Source: Sedimentisphaerales bacterium
GTDB taxonomy: Bacteria > Planctomycetota > Phycisphaerae > Sedimentisphaerales > SM23-30
DNA length: 64,000 nt
Assembly (NCBI GenBank): GCA_963663965.2
Contig: CAXXFK010000040.1
Location: forward strand, 64,001 to 128,000
Direction: 5' to 3'
Shown here: one piece after another, positions 1-10,708 of the stretch
Layout: every line of letters begins with the position of its first letter
How positions within the stretch are numbered: the stretch's first letter is position 1
Notes under the pieces: model-generated
Told to the model about the DNA's origin: nothing
Database searches by the model: none
Seen by the model: the letters and a program-made list of their open reading frames with translations, nothing else
Made by a program: the position numbers and the translations under genes

Positions 1-280
1 AGTGATTAATAAGATCCACTTGCCAATCACGACGGACTGACCAAGCGGGCTTAAACGTAGGACTGGCAAACTTCAGGTTATATGACATTATAGTGAGAGT
101 GTGCCCTTCTGACAATAGGTTCCTGTTTGTGCTTTGTATCGTTTCCTTCTTCATTTCAGGTGCAGAAAAAATAGGATTTCTTATCACTTCGCTTGTTTGA
201 CGACAACCACTTCCAATAGAGAGAAACGACAGATAAACCGCTAGTATTATTGTCCATTTTAATACTGACTTATTGAGCAT
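1..280 (-). CDS. Endonuclease/exonuclease/phosphatase (EEP) family lipoprotein, 5' part (runs off window)
   Basis: Manual minus-strand translation: MLNKSVLKWTIILAVYLSFLSIGSGC (lipobox-like) ... TLTIMSYNLKFASPTFKPAWSVRRDW, a typical EEP N-terminal 'MSYN...W..RR' motif. Not in the ORF track because it is truncated. Confidence 0.7.
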   Translation of the reverse strand, partial: MLNKSVLKWTIILAVYLSFLSIGSGCRQTSEVIRNPIFSAPEMKKETIQSTNRNLLSEGHTLTIMSYNLKFASPTFKPAWSVRRDWQVDLINH

Positions 281-710
281 GTAATCCATGATATTATTCC
301 CTGATTGATTCTTCAATTTTTAATTAACTTATCCACAAATCATCACACCTGTTTTCCTACTTACCCATCTCCAATCTCTTCACCACTGTCTCCCTCAAAT
401 GAGCATCACAATGATGCTTCATCATCTTCCTGGCTAATAGTAGCAGAAAGTATTGTCAGCATCAGCATCAACTATAATGTCTGCCCAAATGGTTGAATTT
501 CCATCTTCCCTATTATACTTGGCTCTGACTTCATCGACAATACCCGTTTTCGCCATAGCCTACAACTTGAATCCACCCGTCTTCTCAATATCCCTGCGAG
601 TCAGTTTCATTTCTGTTATTTTAGACTCTCTCCAAAGTAATGCACGTTCACTGGGCATTCTCCACTTAAAGAATGCGAAAATATAGCGTTTATTTTATAA
701 TTCTCTGATT

Positions 711-2096
711 CTACCGAGATATCTCCTGCTTGAAATCGTCATAAAAATCCAGTAACCGTTTAAGAACTTCCGGATGCTCCTTTGCCACATCACACTGTTC
801 TCCTGGGTCGTTCTGCAAGTCAAAAAGCATCATGGGTTCGGGGTCGTCTCCGTTGCTTAAACCAGGATAACTGCTGGGATTATACTGTTCATAGGGAGCG
901 AGAATCGTAACGCCGTCCGGAGCCCGTTTATCAACCCAATTGTTGTCAGGGGGCAATGGTTTTCGGTCCTTTGGCTTGATCGGGTAAAGTTTCCAGTGTC
1001 CATCACGAATGCACGCTATCTCTTCATTCAGTTGACCGAAAATATAACGTATGATTAGCTCTTTCTTTTTCGGATTCTCCATTAAAGGCAGAAGATTTTG
1101 GCCGTCGATGACGCGATCCGTCGGCAACGGCTGTCCGGCAGTCGCCATGACGGTTGTAAAGAGGTCCATCATTATGGTCGGTACGTTGCAATTTCCGCCT
1201 TCGGGGATGCGGCCCGGCCAACGAGCAATCAGGGGAACGCGGTAGCCCCCCTCAAAGGTGGTCGCCTTCATCCCGCGCAATCCTCCCGTACTGCCGCCGA
1301 AGTAAGGCCCGTTGTCGCTCGTAAAAATCACCAGCGTCTGCTTATCCAGACCCAGCAACTGAAGTGTGTCCAGGATCCTTCCTGTGCTCCAGTCCAGTTC
1401 GGCGATGACGTCACCGTAAAGGCCTGCTCCCGATTTTTTGTAGAATGACTCGGATGGGGCAAGAGGCTTGTGAGGCATCGCGTGGGCCAGGTAAAGAAAG
1501 AAAGGATGATCCTTGCTTTTCTCAATGAACTCAACGGCTCTTTCGGTATAGCGTTGCGTCAACTTGGCCTGCACCACAGGATCCTCCACGACCTGCTCCC
1601 CTTCGATCAGTTGCACAGGCCTCATATCGTTGCTATAGAGAATGCCCAGATACTCATCAAAACCGCGATGGGTGGGCAGTGACTCCGGCTTCTTATGGCC
1701 AAGGTGCCACTTCCCGATCATGGCCGTCTTGTACCCCGCTTTCTTGAGAAGTTGGCCGAGTAATAACTCCGTCTGAGGGAGCGCTAAACTGTCTGATTCC
1801 GGACTTTCGTCCGGAGCAGGATTCCGGGTCATGCCGCAACGCGAGGGATAACGACCTGTGAGCAGGGAGGCGCGTGAAGGCGCACAAAAAGGCATAGCAG
1901 CATTGAACTGGGTGAATCGCACACCTTCGGCGGCCATTTGGTCCAGCCGGGGCGTTTTGAATTCCTCCTGACCATAACAGCCCAAATCCCCGTATCCCAG
2001 GTCGTCGGCCAGGATGATAATGATATTGGGAGGAGTTGCTCCCATCATCAGGGTACTTAAGAAAATACAACAGACGCAGATCATAAATTTTTTCAT
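711..2096 (-). CDS. Formylglycine-dependent sulfatase (S1, arylsulfatase-like)
   Basis: Signal peptide, ILADDLGYGD, CAPSRASLLTGR, GKWHLG, FTSDNG. Confidence 0.95.
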   Translation of the reverse strand: MKKFMICVCCIFLSTLMMGATPPNIIIILADDLGYGDLGCYGQEEFKTPRLDQMAAEGVRFTQFNAAMPFCAPSRASLLTGRYPSRCGMTRNPAPDESPESDSLALPQTELLLGQLLKKAGYKTAMIGKWHLGHKKPESLPTHRGFDEYLGILYSNDMRPVQLIEGEQVVEDPVVQAKLTQRYTERAVEFIEKSKDHPFFLYLAHAMPHKPLAPSESFYKKSGAGLYGDVIAELDWSTGRILDTLQLLGLDKQTLVIFTSDNGPYFGGSTGGLRGMKATTFEGGYRVPLIARWPGRIPEGGNCNVPTIMMDLFTTVMATAGQPLPTDRVIDGQNLLPLMENPKKKELIIRYIFGQLNEEIACIRDGHWKLYPIKPKDRKPLPPDNNWVDKRAPDGVTILAPYEQYNPSSYPGLSNGDDPEPMMLFDLQNDPGEQCDVAKEHPEVLKRLLDFYDDFKQEISR

Positions 2097-2153
2097 GTGA
2101 AATCCTTTCTATTAGATTGCCGGGACTCCTTTTACATCAGATTCATTTGGAAG

Positions 2154-3686
2154 CTACTTTGCTTCCCAGTGAAAGATATCGCCATCAATAATCAGTTTCA
2201 AGTCATTTCTCGGCGTAGCCGACGGACTGAATTCTTTCGGGGCTGCCTTTTGCATCAGCTTAATAATGTCCCGATTTTCATCTTTACCCGCAAGATTGTA
2301 CCATTCGTTTGGATCTTTTTTCACATTGTAAAGTTCTTCTGCGCCATCCGGATAATAAATGTACCTCCAGTTACTGTTTACCACGGCATAACCTCCCCTT
2401 TCATGATACGGGATGAAAATATCGCGTTCTTTTGCAGACGAAGGATTGTGAAGAGCTGATGCAAGAGAAACCCCTTCCAATTGCTTGTTAGGTGACAGGC
2501 CGCACAGCTCAGTCAAGGTTGGATAGATATCAATCAAGCCCACGGGGGTTTTCACTTTCTCATTTTGCACGATCCCTTTTCCCGCCCAAATGAACGGCAC
2601 CTGGGTTGTTCGCTGCCAAAGTGTATGTTTTCCCCAATGTCCCTTCTCACCATGGTGGAAGCCTTGATCGCTCCAGAAAACAACGATCGTATTGTCATTA
2701 TAAGGACTGGCCTCAAGGGTATCCAGAAGCCTTCCCAGCATGGCATCGCCAAAAGAAATGCAGGCGAGCTGACCCTGGATGGCATCTTTTAGAACACCGT
2801 ATTTTTTAAGCTCCTCATGTTGTTTTGATCTGGCGGTATAAAATTGACGAATCGACGGAGACAAATCGTCCAGGTCATCCTCTTTATCGGGAGGCAGTTC
2901 CAGTTCATCACGATTGTACATGTCAAAATACTTTTGAGGAGCATAATTAGGATAATGAGGTAAGTACATGCCTAGGGCTATGAAAAAAGGCTTGTCATGA
3001 TCTCTTTTTAGCACATCACACATCCAGTTTGTACGGATGGCATCTGCCATGTCATCTTCCTTCTCATTCGGAATGGGGCCCCACTCAAGATGCAATGCAG
3101 CTTCTCCTGCCTTATAGTGATTTTTAGCATAAGGGCTGTAAGGATACGGTTCCGGAAGTGGCACATCGCTCTGATGGTAGCTATTCATTTCATACCCCAT
3201 ATCTTTTACTTCCTGGCTTCGTGCAAAATATTCATCCCAGCCACGGAGGTCCAGATATCCTGATCTGTGGTGGTATATTTTCCCGGCCCCGTAGGTATTG
3301 TAACCCGCCTGTTGAAAGGCTATTTGAAGTGTAACCAAGTCAGGGTGATCATAGAAAAACACTTCATTGGTATAACAGCCTGTGGTTGAGGCGTGCATTC
3401 CGGTAAGTATCGCTGTTCTGGAGGGTGCACAAAATACGCCGGGTGCATGAGCATTCATGAATGTCACTCCTCTTTGAGCCAGTTTATCCAAGTTGGGGGT
3501 CACTGCTTGCTGGCATCCCAACGGCCCCGCCCAGTCACAAAGATCATCCATAACGAAAAAGATCACATTAGGAGGGTTGGCCACAGATACGAACGTGGTG
3601 TCCGACTTCGTCTCAGCGGCAACGAATGGACCAAAAGATAGACAGAAAGCAATAAAACTTAGAGCCATTTGATTTTCGATCTTCAT
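2154..3686 (-). CDS. Sulfatase S1 (iduronate-2-sulfatase-like)
   Basis: MDDL, CAPSRTAILTG, GKIYH, WSDQGFHHGEKGHWGK. Start placed at MKIENQ after an AGGAG RBS. Confidence 0.93.
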   Translation of the reverse strand: MKIENQMALSFIAFCLSFGPFVAAETKSDTTFVSVANPPNVIFFVMDDLCDWAGPLGCQQAVTPNLDKLAQRGVTFMNAHAPGVFCAPSRTAILTGMHASTTGCYTNEVFFYDHPDLVTLQIAFQQAGYNTYGAGKIYHHRSGYLDLRGWDEYFARSQEVKDMGYEMNSYHQSDVPLPEPYPYSPYAKNHYKAGEAALHLEWGPIPNEKEDDMADAIRTNWMCDVLKRDHDKPFFIALGMYLPHYPNYAPQKYFDMYNRDELELPPDKEDDLDDLSPSIRQFYTARSKQHEELKKYGVLKDAIQGQLACISFGDAMLGRLLDTLEASPYNDNTIVVFWSDQGFHHGEKGHWGKHTLWQRTTQVPFIWAGKGIVQNEKVKTPVGLIDIYPTLTELCGLSPNKQLEGVSLASALHNPSSAKERDIFIPYHERGGYAVVNSNWRYIYYPDGAEELYNVKKDPNEWYNLAGKDENRDIIKLMQKAAPKEFSPSATPRNDLKLIIDGDIFHWEAK

Positions 3687-3797
3687 AATTAGCAGCTCCT
3701 GATTATTTATAGTTTTTAATCTGACATTTCCCATTTAACCGCTTAAAGAACATAATTTTCTCCTAACAACATCAATATTTTATAAAATTTACTATAG

Positions 3798-4244
3798 GTA
3801 AACTTTCGCACATTTTGTAATCGTTTAAACGGCTTTAGCCAGGTTTTCTATTAAGAACTCGAAATTTTTATCATGAACGGCAGTACTTCCGAACATGCAT
3901 TTGATTCGTACGCGCCAAAGCTGCCAGCGGGCATCGGGAAAGAATCGATGAAAGGCGTCGCGAGCATGATGACCAGCCGGATCGGCATAGGGCAAGATCC
4001 CCGTGACGGTGCGTCGCACGGTACAGAGAATCCACCCGCTGATCAATTGGGTAAAGATGACGCCGCCAGGCTGCGTAAAAAGAACCAGAAAGGGCTGGAT
4101 CAGAGACATCCATGTCGTTATATTGGTAACCATACCAACCTCCTTGTCGTATATGGCTGTAGTTTACCAATACAATCATCGGGCGGTTGGTATTTTTATG
4201 TTCATAAATCATGATTTTGGCACTAAAAAAGTGCGAAAGTTTAC
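3798..4244 (-). mobile_element. Internally deleted IS (IS701-like) retaining both terminal inverted repeats
   Basis: Perfect 14-bp IR GTAAACTTTCGCAC at 3798-3811 and 4231-4244. Encloses ORF 3825-4133 with transposase N-terminal-like text (GWILCTVRRTVTG...AFHRFF..ARW). Confidence 0.75.
3825..4133 (-). pseudogene. Truncated transposase (N- and C-terminal pieces fused, DDE core missing)
   Basis: 102 aa. The N-terminus resembles IS701-like transposases and the C-terminus (LWRVRI...LIENLAKAV) resembles their tail. Confidence 0.65.
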
Positions 4245-4260
4245 TCATGTTAATGATATA

Positions 4261-5736
4261 CTATTTGAGAATGATATTATCGACATTGTCTTCTATGCGA
4301 ACATGGGGCGAGTCTATGCTCAATGGCTCACCAAACCTGGTTATATTTTCAAAGGTTACATTCGAAACGCCATAATTCTCACCCTGGCCTTTTATCCAGA
4401 TTTCGTACCTTCCCTGATCATCCTTGCCGTCAAGGCTCACATTTTTGAAGTCCATTCCATTAATTCTGCCGGGCACTTTATTTTTCATATACTGATTGAC
4501 CACCGGATGGAGACGAATGAAATCGCTGAATTCCCGCCAGTATTCTGCGTTACATCGAACATTTTCAATAAGCACCTTCTCAATGGTCATCTCTTCGCCC
4601 GGTTCAATCAAAAACGGCGTCATAGTAAAATGCAGGATGTCCAGGTCGCGAATAATGATGTTACGCATGTATTGGGCGCGGCTTTCATGACCCAGTAGAA
4701 AAATGCGAGCCCTGTCGCACCACAGCACACAGTCTTCAACCAGAATATTTTCAACATTTCCCTGGTCGGCGTTCAATCCTTTCATTGCGATACAATCATC
4801 GTCGGTCCGGATAAAACAGTTGCGAATCGTCACATTCCGTGAGTTGACCGGGTTAATCCCATCGTCGTTAGGACACTTACTGCCACAGATTTTTACATTC
4901 TCGATCCAGACATCATCACAATTTCTCGGCACAATGGTCCATGACCAACTGCCCCGAAGGATGATATCTCGAACAATAACATTTTTGGCATTCCGCATTC
5001 CGATCATATTTCCCGGCCCCTTACGCCATGGCCAGTCGGTTCCGCAAAGAATGCCCCGGCCGCAAATAGTCGCATGATTTCCGGTAACCTCAACTCCCGC
5101 CTGAACGACGGAGCCGCCCGCGAGATAAAGGGTTTGACCCGAACCAACACGAATCTTATCTGGCTTATGTATGCCCGGACCGAAATAAATCACATTTGGA
5201 TCATCCTTAGCCGGAGGACCGGCCGGAGGTGCATTCGCAAACAGCAGCAGGGGATTGAATCGGCCTTCCGGTTCGATCGAGAGCTGGCAGGGTTTGTTTA
5301 GCTGAAATTGTATGCTGTTATTCTCAATCGTATATTGCAAACCGGCTGATTCTGGACGAATCACCAGATGATTCAGCGGCGTCTTCAGCGAACGCACCGT
5401 GACGGTAACCGATCCGGAAAAATCAAAGGACGCAAACGCGTACGCTTCACCCAGGGTTCCCGGCTGCACCATCCACGTCTCCAGTTTGTCAGAGGCAACA
5501 TTGGTCACCGGCGCCAGGTACACATCGACATTCTTTCCATCCACTTCGACACGATAGCGTTTGGAAAGCGATTCCTGCGCGGGGGCCGGATAGGTAAAAA
5601 CCTCCGCCTCGGCACTATGAATCCACATGCTGCCGAGCAAAAGAAGCATCCAGAGACGCATTATTTTTATCCGGCAGGGGCTGTTATCCGCCAGAAGACT
5701 CATCGGATTTATTTCGTGTCGTTCAATCGGTATCAT
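4261..5736 (-). CDS. Pectin-lyase-fold glycoside hydrolase (GH28-like)
   Basis: NDDGINP...IRTDDDCIAMKG catalytic motifs, IYFGPGIH, beta-helix repeats, signal peptide. Confidence 0.85.
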   Translation of the reverse strand: MIPIERHEINPMSLLADNSPCRIKIMRLWMLLLLGSMWIHSAEAEVFTYPAPAQESLSKRYRVEVDGKNVDVYLAPVTNVASDKLETWMVQPGTLGEAYAFASFDFSGSVTVTVRSLKTPLNHLVIRPESAGLQYTIENNSIQFQLNKPCQLSIEPEGRFNPLLLFANAPPAGPPAKDDPNVIYFGPGIHKPDKIRVGSGQTLYLAGGSVVQAGVEVTGNHATICGRGILCGTDWPWRKGPGNMIGMRNAKNVIVRDIILRGSWSWTIVPRNCDDVWIENVKICGSKCPNDDGINPVNSRNVTIRNCFIRTDDDCIAMKGLNADQGNVENILVEDCVLWCDRARIFLLGHESRAQYMRNIIIRDLDILHFTMTPFLIEPGEEMTIEKVLIENVRCNAEYWREFSDFIRLHPVVNQYMKNKVPGRINGMDFKNVSLDGKDDQGRYEIWIKGQGENYGVSNVTFENITRFGEPLSIDSPHVRIEDNVDNIILK

Positions 5737-5756
5737 TTTGGTTTACCTTCAATCTG

Positions 5757-7376
5757 TTAGTTGCGGCCTTTTGTTACTTTAATCAGTACGCAGTCATCGG
5801 GGTTCACCGTCACGGCATAGCCGCCAAAAAACTCACCCAAATCTTTTCGTTCCCATAGGTCTCTGATACGGCAATTTCCCGAAAGTCCAAGATCGACAAA
5901 CGAGAAGGCAAGTTCCCTGGTCTCCTCGTCGGCAAAATTGTACAGGGCAACAGCATAAGACCCGTCCGAGAGTTTCTTGCTCCAGATTTCGCACTCATGG
6001 TACTGGCCGTCATACATTCCTTCTCTCCAATTCAGGCGGGTCATCTTACCGTAAGAGTTGATACGACGGGCCTGGTACCCCTGCACATCCTGGTTAACTG
6101 CCAGCACTTCTTCATTTTTCAGCCAGTTCAGCACTTCAGCTTCTAATAGGCTGATATCGCAGCCCAACAGTAATGGGGCCGCACAAATGCTCCATTGTGT
6201 CAGATGCACCTTTTGTTCATTGAGCGTTAAACGTGTCTTTCGTGTCTCTCCGCTAAATCCAACATTTCCAACCACCAACATATCAGGATCTGCCCAGTGC
6301 CCCGGTCCGACGTAGGGCGCCCACCGGTCTGCGGTAGCAAAACCGCATTGCAAAATCGTATGTTCCCAAACTTTAGGGTTTTCTATATATTTGAAATAAT
6401 CCCTGATATCCCCGGTTGTCCGCCAAACCTGAGCTAAACGCGCCCATTCACAGGCCAGCTCAAATGGGGCGGAATTTGACAAAGAAAAAACAATATCTCT
6501 GCCGCTATTTCTAAGGGCATCACTCATTTTTTGCGTATGATCAACATCAATCGGATACCAATCATACTTGAGATAGTCAAAACCCCACTCTGCAAACTGT
6601 AAGGCATCCTGAATGTGATATTCATATTTCCCGTATTTGCCGGCATCGTAACGAGGATCCGACTTATCGAATACTTTGCCGTCTGCTGTATCGGCTGATC
6701 CTCCGGTGTACCCTGCATAGCTTTTTTTCCATGGGGTAGAATAAATACCGATCTTTAAACCAAGGCTGTGCACATAATCGCACATTCCTTTCATATCGGA
6801 AAATTTTTCATTGGCAAGCAAGGTTAATGTAGTGGGGTCACGATCTCCCTGCCATCCGTCGTCGATATTGATATAGCTATAGCCATAGTTTATAAGTCCT
6901 TTGTCCACCATGGCCTTAGCCATTTTACGAACTTTTTCTTCAGAGATTTTCTTGCCGCAATAATTCCAGGAACTCCAACCCATAGGCGGTGTAAGTGCTA
7001 TTCCTTCACCGCAGACGATCTCCATATCGCATTCTTTTTCTTGTCCGTCACTGCCCGCCGCTGTGACTTTTATGATGTAACTTCCAATCTTATCCAGTTT
7101 GCCGGTCAGCACTTTCTTTTCGGGATCATATGAAAGTCCTTCCGGCAGAGTTCTGACTGATAGTTTATCGAGATCTCCGCTGACAGCGATGTACTGATGC
7201 AGCGGATGATGCGGCCTTACTCCAACCCGTTTGGGAAAATTAAAACAGATTGGTTGATGCGCAGAGACCGCTGCATCTTTTTTATTAGTTGATGCTTTTT
7301 CTGCATTTGCCGAAACAGGCAAACAATACGCAGCAGATAGAATGAATAACAATTGAGCAGCAGTGTTCAAACGCAT
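5757..7376 (-). CDS. GH27 alpha-galactosidase with N-terminal Ig-like (He_PIG) domain
   Basis: LPEGLSYDP Ig motif, TPPMGWSSWN, NIDDGWQ, DYLKYDW, WRTTGDI, DPDMLVVG. Confidence 0.93.
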   Translation of the reverse strand: MRLNTAAQLLFILSAAYCLPVSANAEKASTNKKDAAVSAHQPICFNFPKRVGVRPHHPLHQYIAVSGDLDKLSVRTLPEGLSYDPEKKVLTGKLDKIGSYIIKVTAAGSDGQEKECDMEIVCGEGIALTPPMGWSSWNYCGKKISEEKVRKMAKAMVDKGLINYGYSYINIDDGWQGDRDPTTLTLLANEKFSDMKGMCDYVHSLGLKIGIYSTPWKKSYAGYTGGSADTADGKVFDKSDPRYDAGKYGKYEYHIQDALQFAEWGFDYLKYDWYPIDVDHTQKMSDALRNSGRDIVFSLSNSAPFELACEWARLAQVWRTTGDIRDYFKYIENPKVWEHTILQCGFATADRWAPYVGPGHWADPDMLVVGNVGFSGETRKTRLTLNEQKVHLTQWSICAAPLLLGCDISLLEAEVLNWLKNEEVLAVNQDVQGYQARRINSYGKMTRLNWREGMYDGQYHECEIWSKKLSDGSYAVALYNFADEETRELAFSFVDLGLSGNCRIRDLWERKDLGEFFGGYAVTVNPDDCVLIKVTKGRN

Positions 7377-7379
7377 AAG

Positions 7380-7628
7380 TCATTGTCTCCAAATAGGGTT
7401 CAAGTTTATATTATGCAAAGTCATTTCCATCCACTTCGATAGCGATTCCTGCGCTGGGGCCGGATATGTGATGACCTTCGCCCTGGCAATATGAATCCAT
7501 ATGCTACCGAGCCAAAGAAGCATCCAGAAACGCATGGTTTTTACTCGACAGGGGCTGTTATCCGCCAGAAGACTCATCGGATTTATTTCGTATCGTTCAA
7601 TCGGCATCGTTTAAGTTTGCCTCAAATC
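7380..7628 (-). pseudogene. Partial duplicate of the 5' end of the GH28-like gene
   Basis: 7424-7628 is a diverged direct copy of ~5536-5754 (PIERxEINPMSLLADNSPCR...TYPAPAQESLSK), then truncated. Confidence 0.9.
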
Positions 7629-7655
7629 TTTCATTTATACGGCTTACTGGTACCC

Positions 7656-10193
7656 TTACTTTGTTTCCGCAAGCCAATCGTTTACGATGTCAAGCAGGTT
7701 AGAAAACCGATATGCGTTTAGCCAACCACTCGACAATATGCCCATGTCCGGAAGGTCTACGCGATTGTCCAAAGTCAAGTCGCCCGGATACAATGGAGCC
7801 GATTGTTCATGACTGTTACCCGATTCATTGTTGTTGTTATCGACGGCTGTCACCACATAGTAATAGATTTTTCCCGGTACCGCGGTTGAATCGGTGTAGT
7901 TAGTCGTCCCTGCATTGGTACTGCCGATCACAGCATATCCGCTGCCGCTGACAGTCGACCGCTTGATGTTATAGTGGTCAAGATCGCCCGCGTCGTTGGC
8001 ATCCCAACTCAGCTCAACGGCTCCTCCTTGTGCGCCGGCGACAAGGCTGGTCGGAGCCGTCGGAGGCGTCGTGTCCGGCGAAAATTCAATTAAAGGATTC
8101 CACTGGGTATAATCATAGTTTCCATTGCCATTATCATTAATATGGAAACATATCCGATCACCAGCGCTGACTGCAATGTTGGCTACTCCTGCGGGGGCAA
8201 CTTCAGTATCGGGCGCAACCGTGTCACTCCATAAAAGGCTGGAGTTTTTGTAAATTAGGGCCACTACCCCATTGCCTGCGGTTAGACCGGTTTTAGAGAC
8301 AGACCCGGTAATGTGGTTTATCACACCGGATTGAGGCGCTTCCCAAACGCGCACCGTGTCTATGCCCGGGCCGGGATGGCAGGCATTGGAGAAGATTTGT
8401 AAATAGGTTGTAGATCCTTGCCATCTATTATGGGCAGCATCCCAGACCATATCCGTGTAGGTGTTTCCATTATATTCCTGATAGAACCAGTTGTTGCCTC
8501 CCTGAACGCCGGAAAAATCAACCGAGGCCTGAAATATTACGGGCGCCGGCCCACTAACATCTTCGCAGTTCTCAAGAAGGATCGTGTCATACACGTTGCC
8601 ATCCAGGATCAATCCCTTTGTTGAGGTGACCCGGATGTGAGGATTACCGACATTCGTAATCGTGTTATTCCTGAGGACGATGTTTCCATGGGCCCCTGCC
8701 GGCGCAAGCCCGCCTGCCCCGGGGGTGGCGTAGATCGCGATGCCATCGCCAACACAGTTTTTGATACTATTGTCGCTGAATGTTACATTCCAGGAACTGC
8801 CGGACTCCAGCCACCAGAATTCCGGTGAACACTTGATAGCCTCATCCCAACAGCCCTCGATCACATTCCCCTGTACAATGCCGTTACTGGCCTTGATCAG
8901 AATCCCTCGAGACCGGTTAAAGCCGAAGTCGCAGTTGATCACCTTAAATCCGTTGCCCATGCGGTTAGCGGCCGCAATCAGGCTGCCCATGGGCAGATCA
9001 ATGGCGCGATCAATCTCGATCTCATAGGCATTGCCTATATTACCCTCTTTGTAGGTGGCGTGCATACTCTGATGGGAGAGGAAATCGAGTTCCTCCGCCG
9101 TCGCTCCACCCATTGGGCCTGATACCCGTACCGCCACGGCATCAGGCAGGCGCAAACCGGTGTAGGACCATAGCTCGATGGGATCACCCGGCTGGATGTT
9201 CATACTGCTGCCTTTTGCCAGAACTCGAAGGGTCTGGCCGTTGCACGCCATAATCATATGGTACTCACCACAGATGTTGACGCAATCATCCCCCTGGAAC
9301 CTGGCCGTGCATCCTTCAATGGTGGGCCCGACAATGGCATGTTTTGAATGGAAGGCGTCTGCATCGAGAGAGCGGATGCGCGGATCCTCGCGCACTTTCA
9401 GGTCGGTCGCCGCCGGTCGCCGGTCGATTTTGCAGCGGAGGTAGTGCGTACTGTTGCAATTGGTCTCGAAAAAACCGAAGCAGTTCGAGCCATAGAGGGT
9501 GATATCCTGAAGAGTAACACCTTCTGAATCTTTTATCTGGATCCCATGCGGGATACTGCCGCCGGGGGCATATTGATAGTTGATGACGATGATGTCGCCG
9601 ACCTTTTCCCCTTTATAGGCACCTTCACGGGTGACCCTGATGTGTCTGGAGTCTATCTTTTCATGGGAGAATGTGAAGTAAGAGCCCCAGCGCAATGTGC
9701 GGGTCGCGGAATCAAATATCTCATACTTGGAATCTATGACGCCTTGCGAACCCGGATAACCGTCGAACAACTCGATCTCGTGGATGGTATTGTTTGCCGA
9801 CATGCTCTTGATGACCCCTTGCGTGTAGGGCAGCGGATCATAGTCGATCGTTAATCCCTGAATGGTCAGGTTCGTGCAGTTATCGATAAGAATCGCCTGA
9901 GTCGTTTCGGTACAGACCATTTCCACGCCGTCGGCAACAATCGTCACATCGTTGAGGTTCTGAAACAGCAAGTGTTTGCGACTTCTCGGGGCAACATAGT
10001 AGCGTCCTGGAGCAATTGTCACGATACGGTATCCCTGGGCCAGTTGATCGTCAATCATTTTCTGCAGGTTCGTAATCTGATCGGCCGCCTGCGCGGCAAT
10101 CGGAACCATCATGGTAACAAAGAACAACAATACCACAATGGAAACGAGTCTTAACGTTTTATTGAGTACCATACTTTTAGCTGACTTTCGCAT
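7656..10193 (-). CDS. Right-handed beta-helix enzyme (GH110-like) + FN3 + C-terminal dockerin-like motif
   Basis: IDYDPLPYTQG, DADAFH, GDDCVNI, NRSRGILIK; FN3 (PTAPTSL..YYYVVTAVD); GDLTLDNRVDLPD..WL. Confidence 0.75.
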   Translation of the reverse strand: MRKSAKSMVLNKTLRLVSIVVLLFFVTMMVPIAAQAADQITNLQKMIDDQLAQGYRIVTIAPGRYYVAPRSRKHLLFQNLNDVTIVADGVEMVCTETTQAILIDNCTNLTIQGLTIDYDPLPYTQGVIKSMSANNTIHEIELFDGYPGSQGVIDSKYEIFDSATRTLRWGSYFTFSHEKIDSRHIRVTREGAYKGEKVGDIIVINYQYAPGGSIPHGIQIKDSEGVTLQDITLYGSNCFGFFETNCNSTHYLRCKIDRRPAATDLKVREDPRIRSLDADAFHSKHAIVGPTIEGCTARFQGDDCVNICGEYHMIMACNGQTLRVLAKGSSMNIQPGDPIELWSYTGLRLPDAVAVRVSGPMGGATAEELDFLSHQSMHATYKEGNIGNAYEIEIDRAIDLPMGSLIAAANRMGNGFKVINCDFGFNRSRGILIKASNGIVQGNVIEGCWDEAIKCSPEFWWLESGSSWNVTFSDNSIKNCVGDGIAIYATPGAGGLAPAGAHGNIVLRNNTITNVGNPHIRVTSTKGLILDGNVYDTILLENCEDVSGPAPVIFQASVDFSGVQGGNNWFYQEYNGNTYTDMVWDAAHNRWQGSTTYLQIFSNACHPGPGIDTVRVWEAPQSGVINHITGSVSKTGLTAGNGVVALIYKNSSLLWSDTVAPDTEVAPAGVANIAVSAGDRICFHINDNGNGNYDYTQWNPLIEFSPDTTPPTAPTSLVAGAQGGAVELSWDANDAGDLDHYNIKRSTVSGSGYAVIGSTNAGTTNYTDSTAVPGKIYYYVVTAVDNNNNESGNSHEQSAPLYPGDLTLDNRVDLPDMGILSSGWLNAYRFSNLLDIVNDWLAETK

Positions 10194-10647
10194 TGATGTT
10201 TTCGTTATTTCATTACTCAGCAGGGCTTTAGTCTCTTACGAGTAGAGTCTTGCGCAAAATGGCAAAGAAAACATAACAGGGTGAACCATGCTGCTATGAC
10301 CCTGTTTGGCGCCGGCACTGCCGGATTAGGCATCAATTCCAATAACAGTCATGTTCGACTGCCTGCTCGAACATGACATGATCTATTTCATTTACATTCT
10401 AACAGCTCTGCGGCTATATGTCATTTAACGCTTCGCAACAAAAAAATACAAAAGTACTCTTTTAGAATCTCCAATGATGATCCTTTTATTTATAACTCCT
10501 GATGCCATGCCGTTTGGGATACCTGGAATGATACCTACTGGGTAAGAAAGTTGCTGAGCGCTCGCAAGCTAACATATTACTCGCTCTGCATTTATCTTCC
10601 GGCGCAACGGAAAAATCATTTGTAATGGGTATCGCTTCCGATAACAT

Positions 10648-10683
10648 AAAAGCAGGGCGGCCAGTCAAGTCTGGACCGCCCTG
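10648..10683 (-). terminator. Rho-independent terminator
   Basis: CAGGGCGG...CCGCCCTG hairpin followed by a T-run on the minus strand, just after the 10709 stop. Confidence 0.7.
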
Positions 10684-10708
10684 TATATTGTTGTTAGGAC
10701 ATCAATAC

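Noticed and set aside
305..686. Short plus-strand ORFs / possible decayed gene
   Set aside because: No motif. The minus strand looks coding-like but has several stops and cannot be identified.
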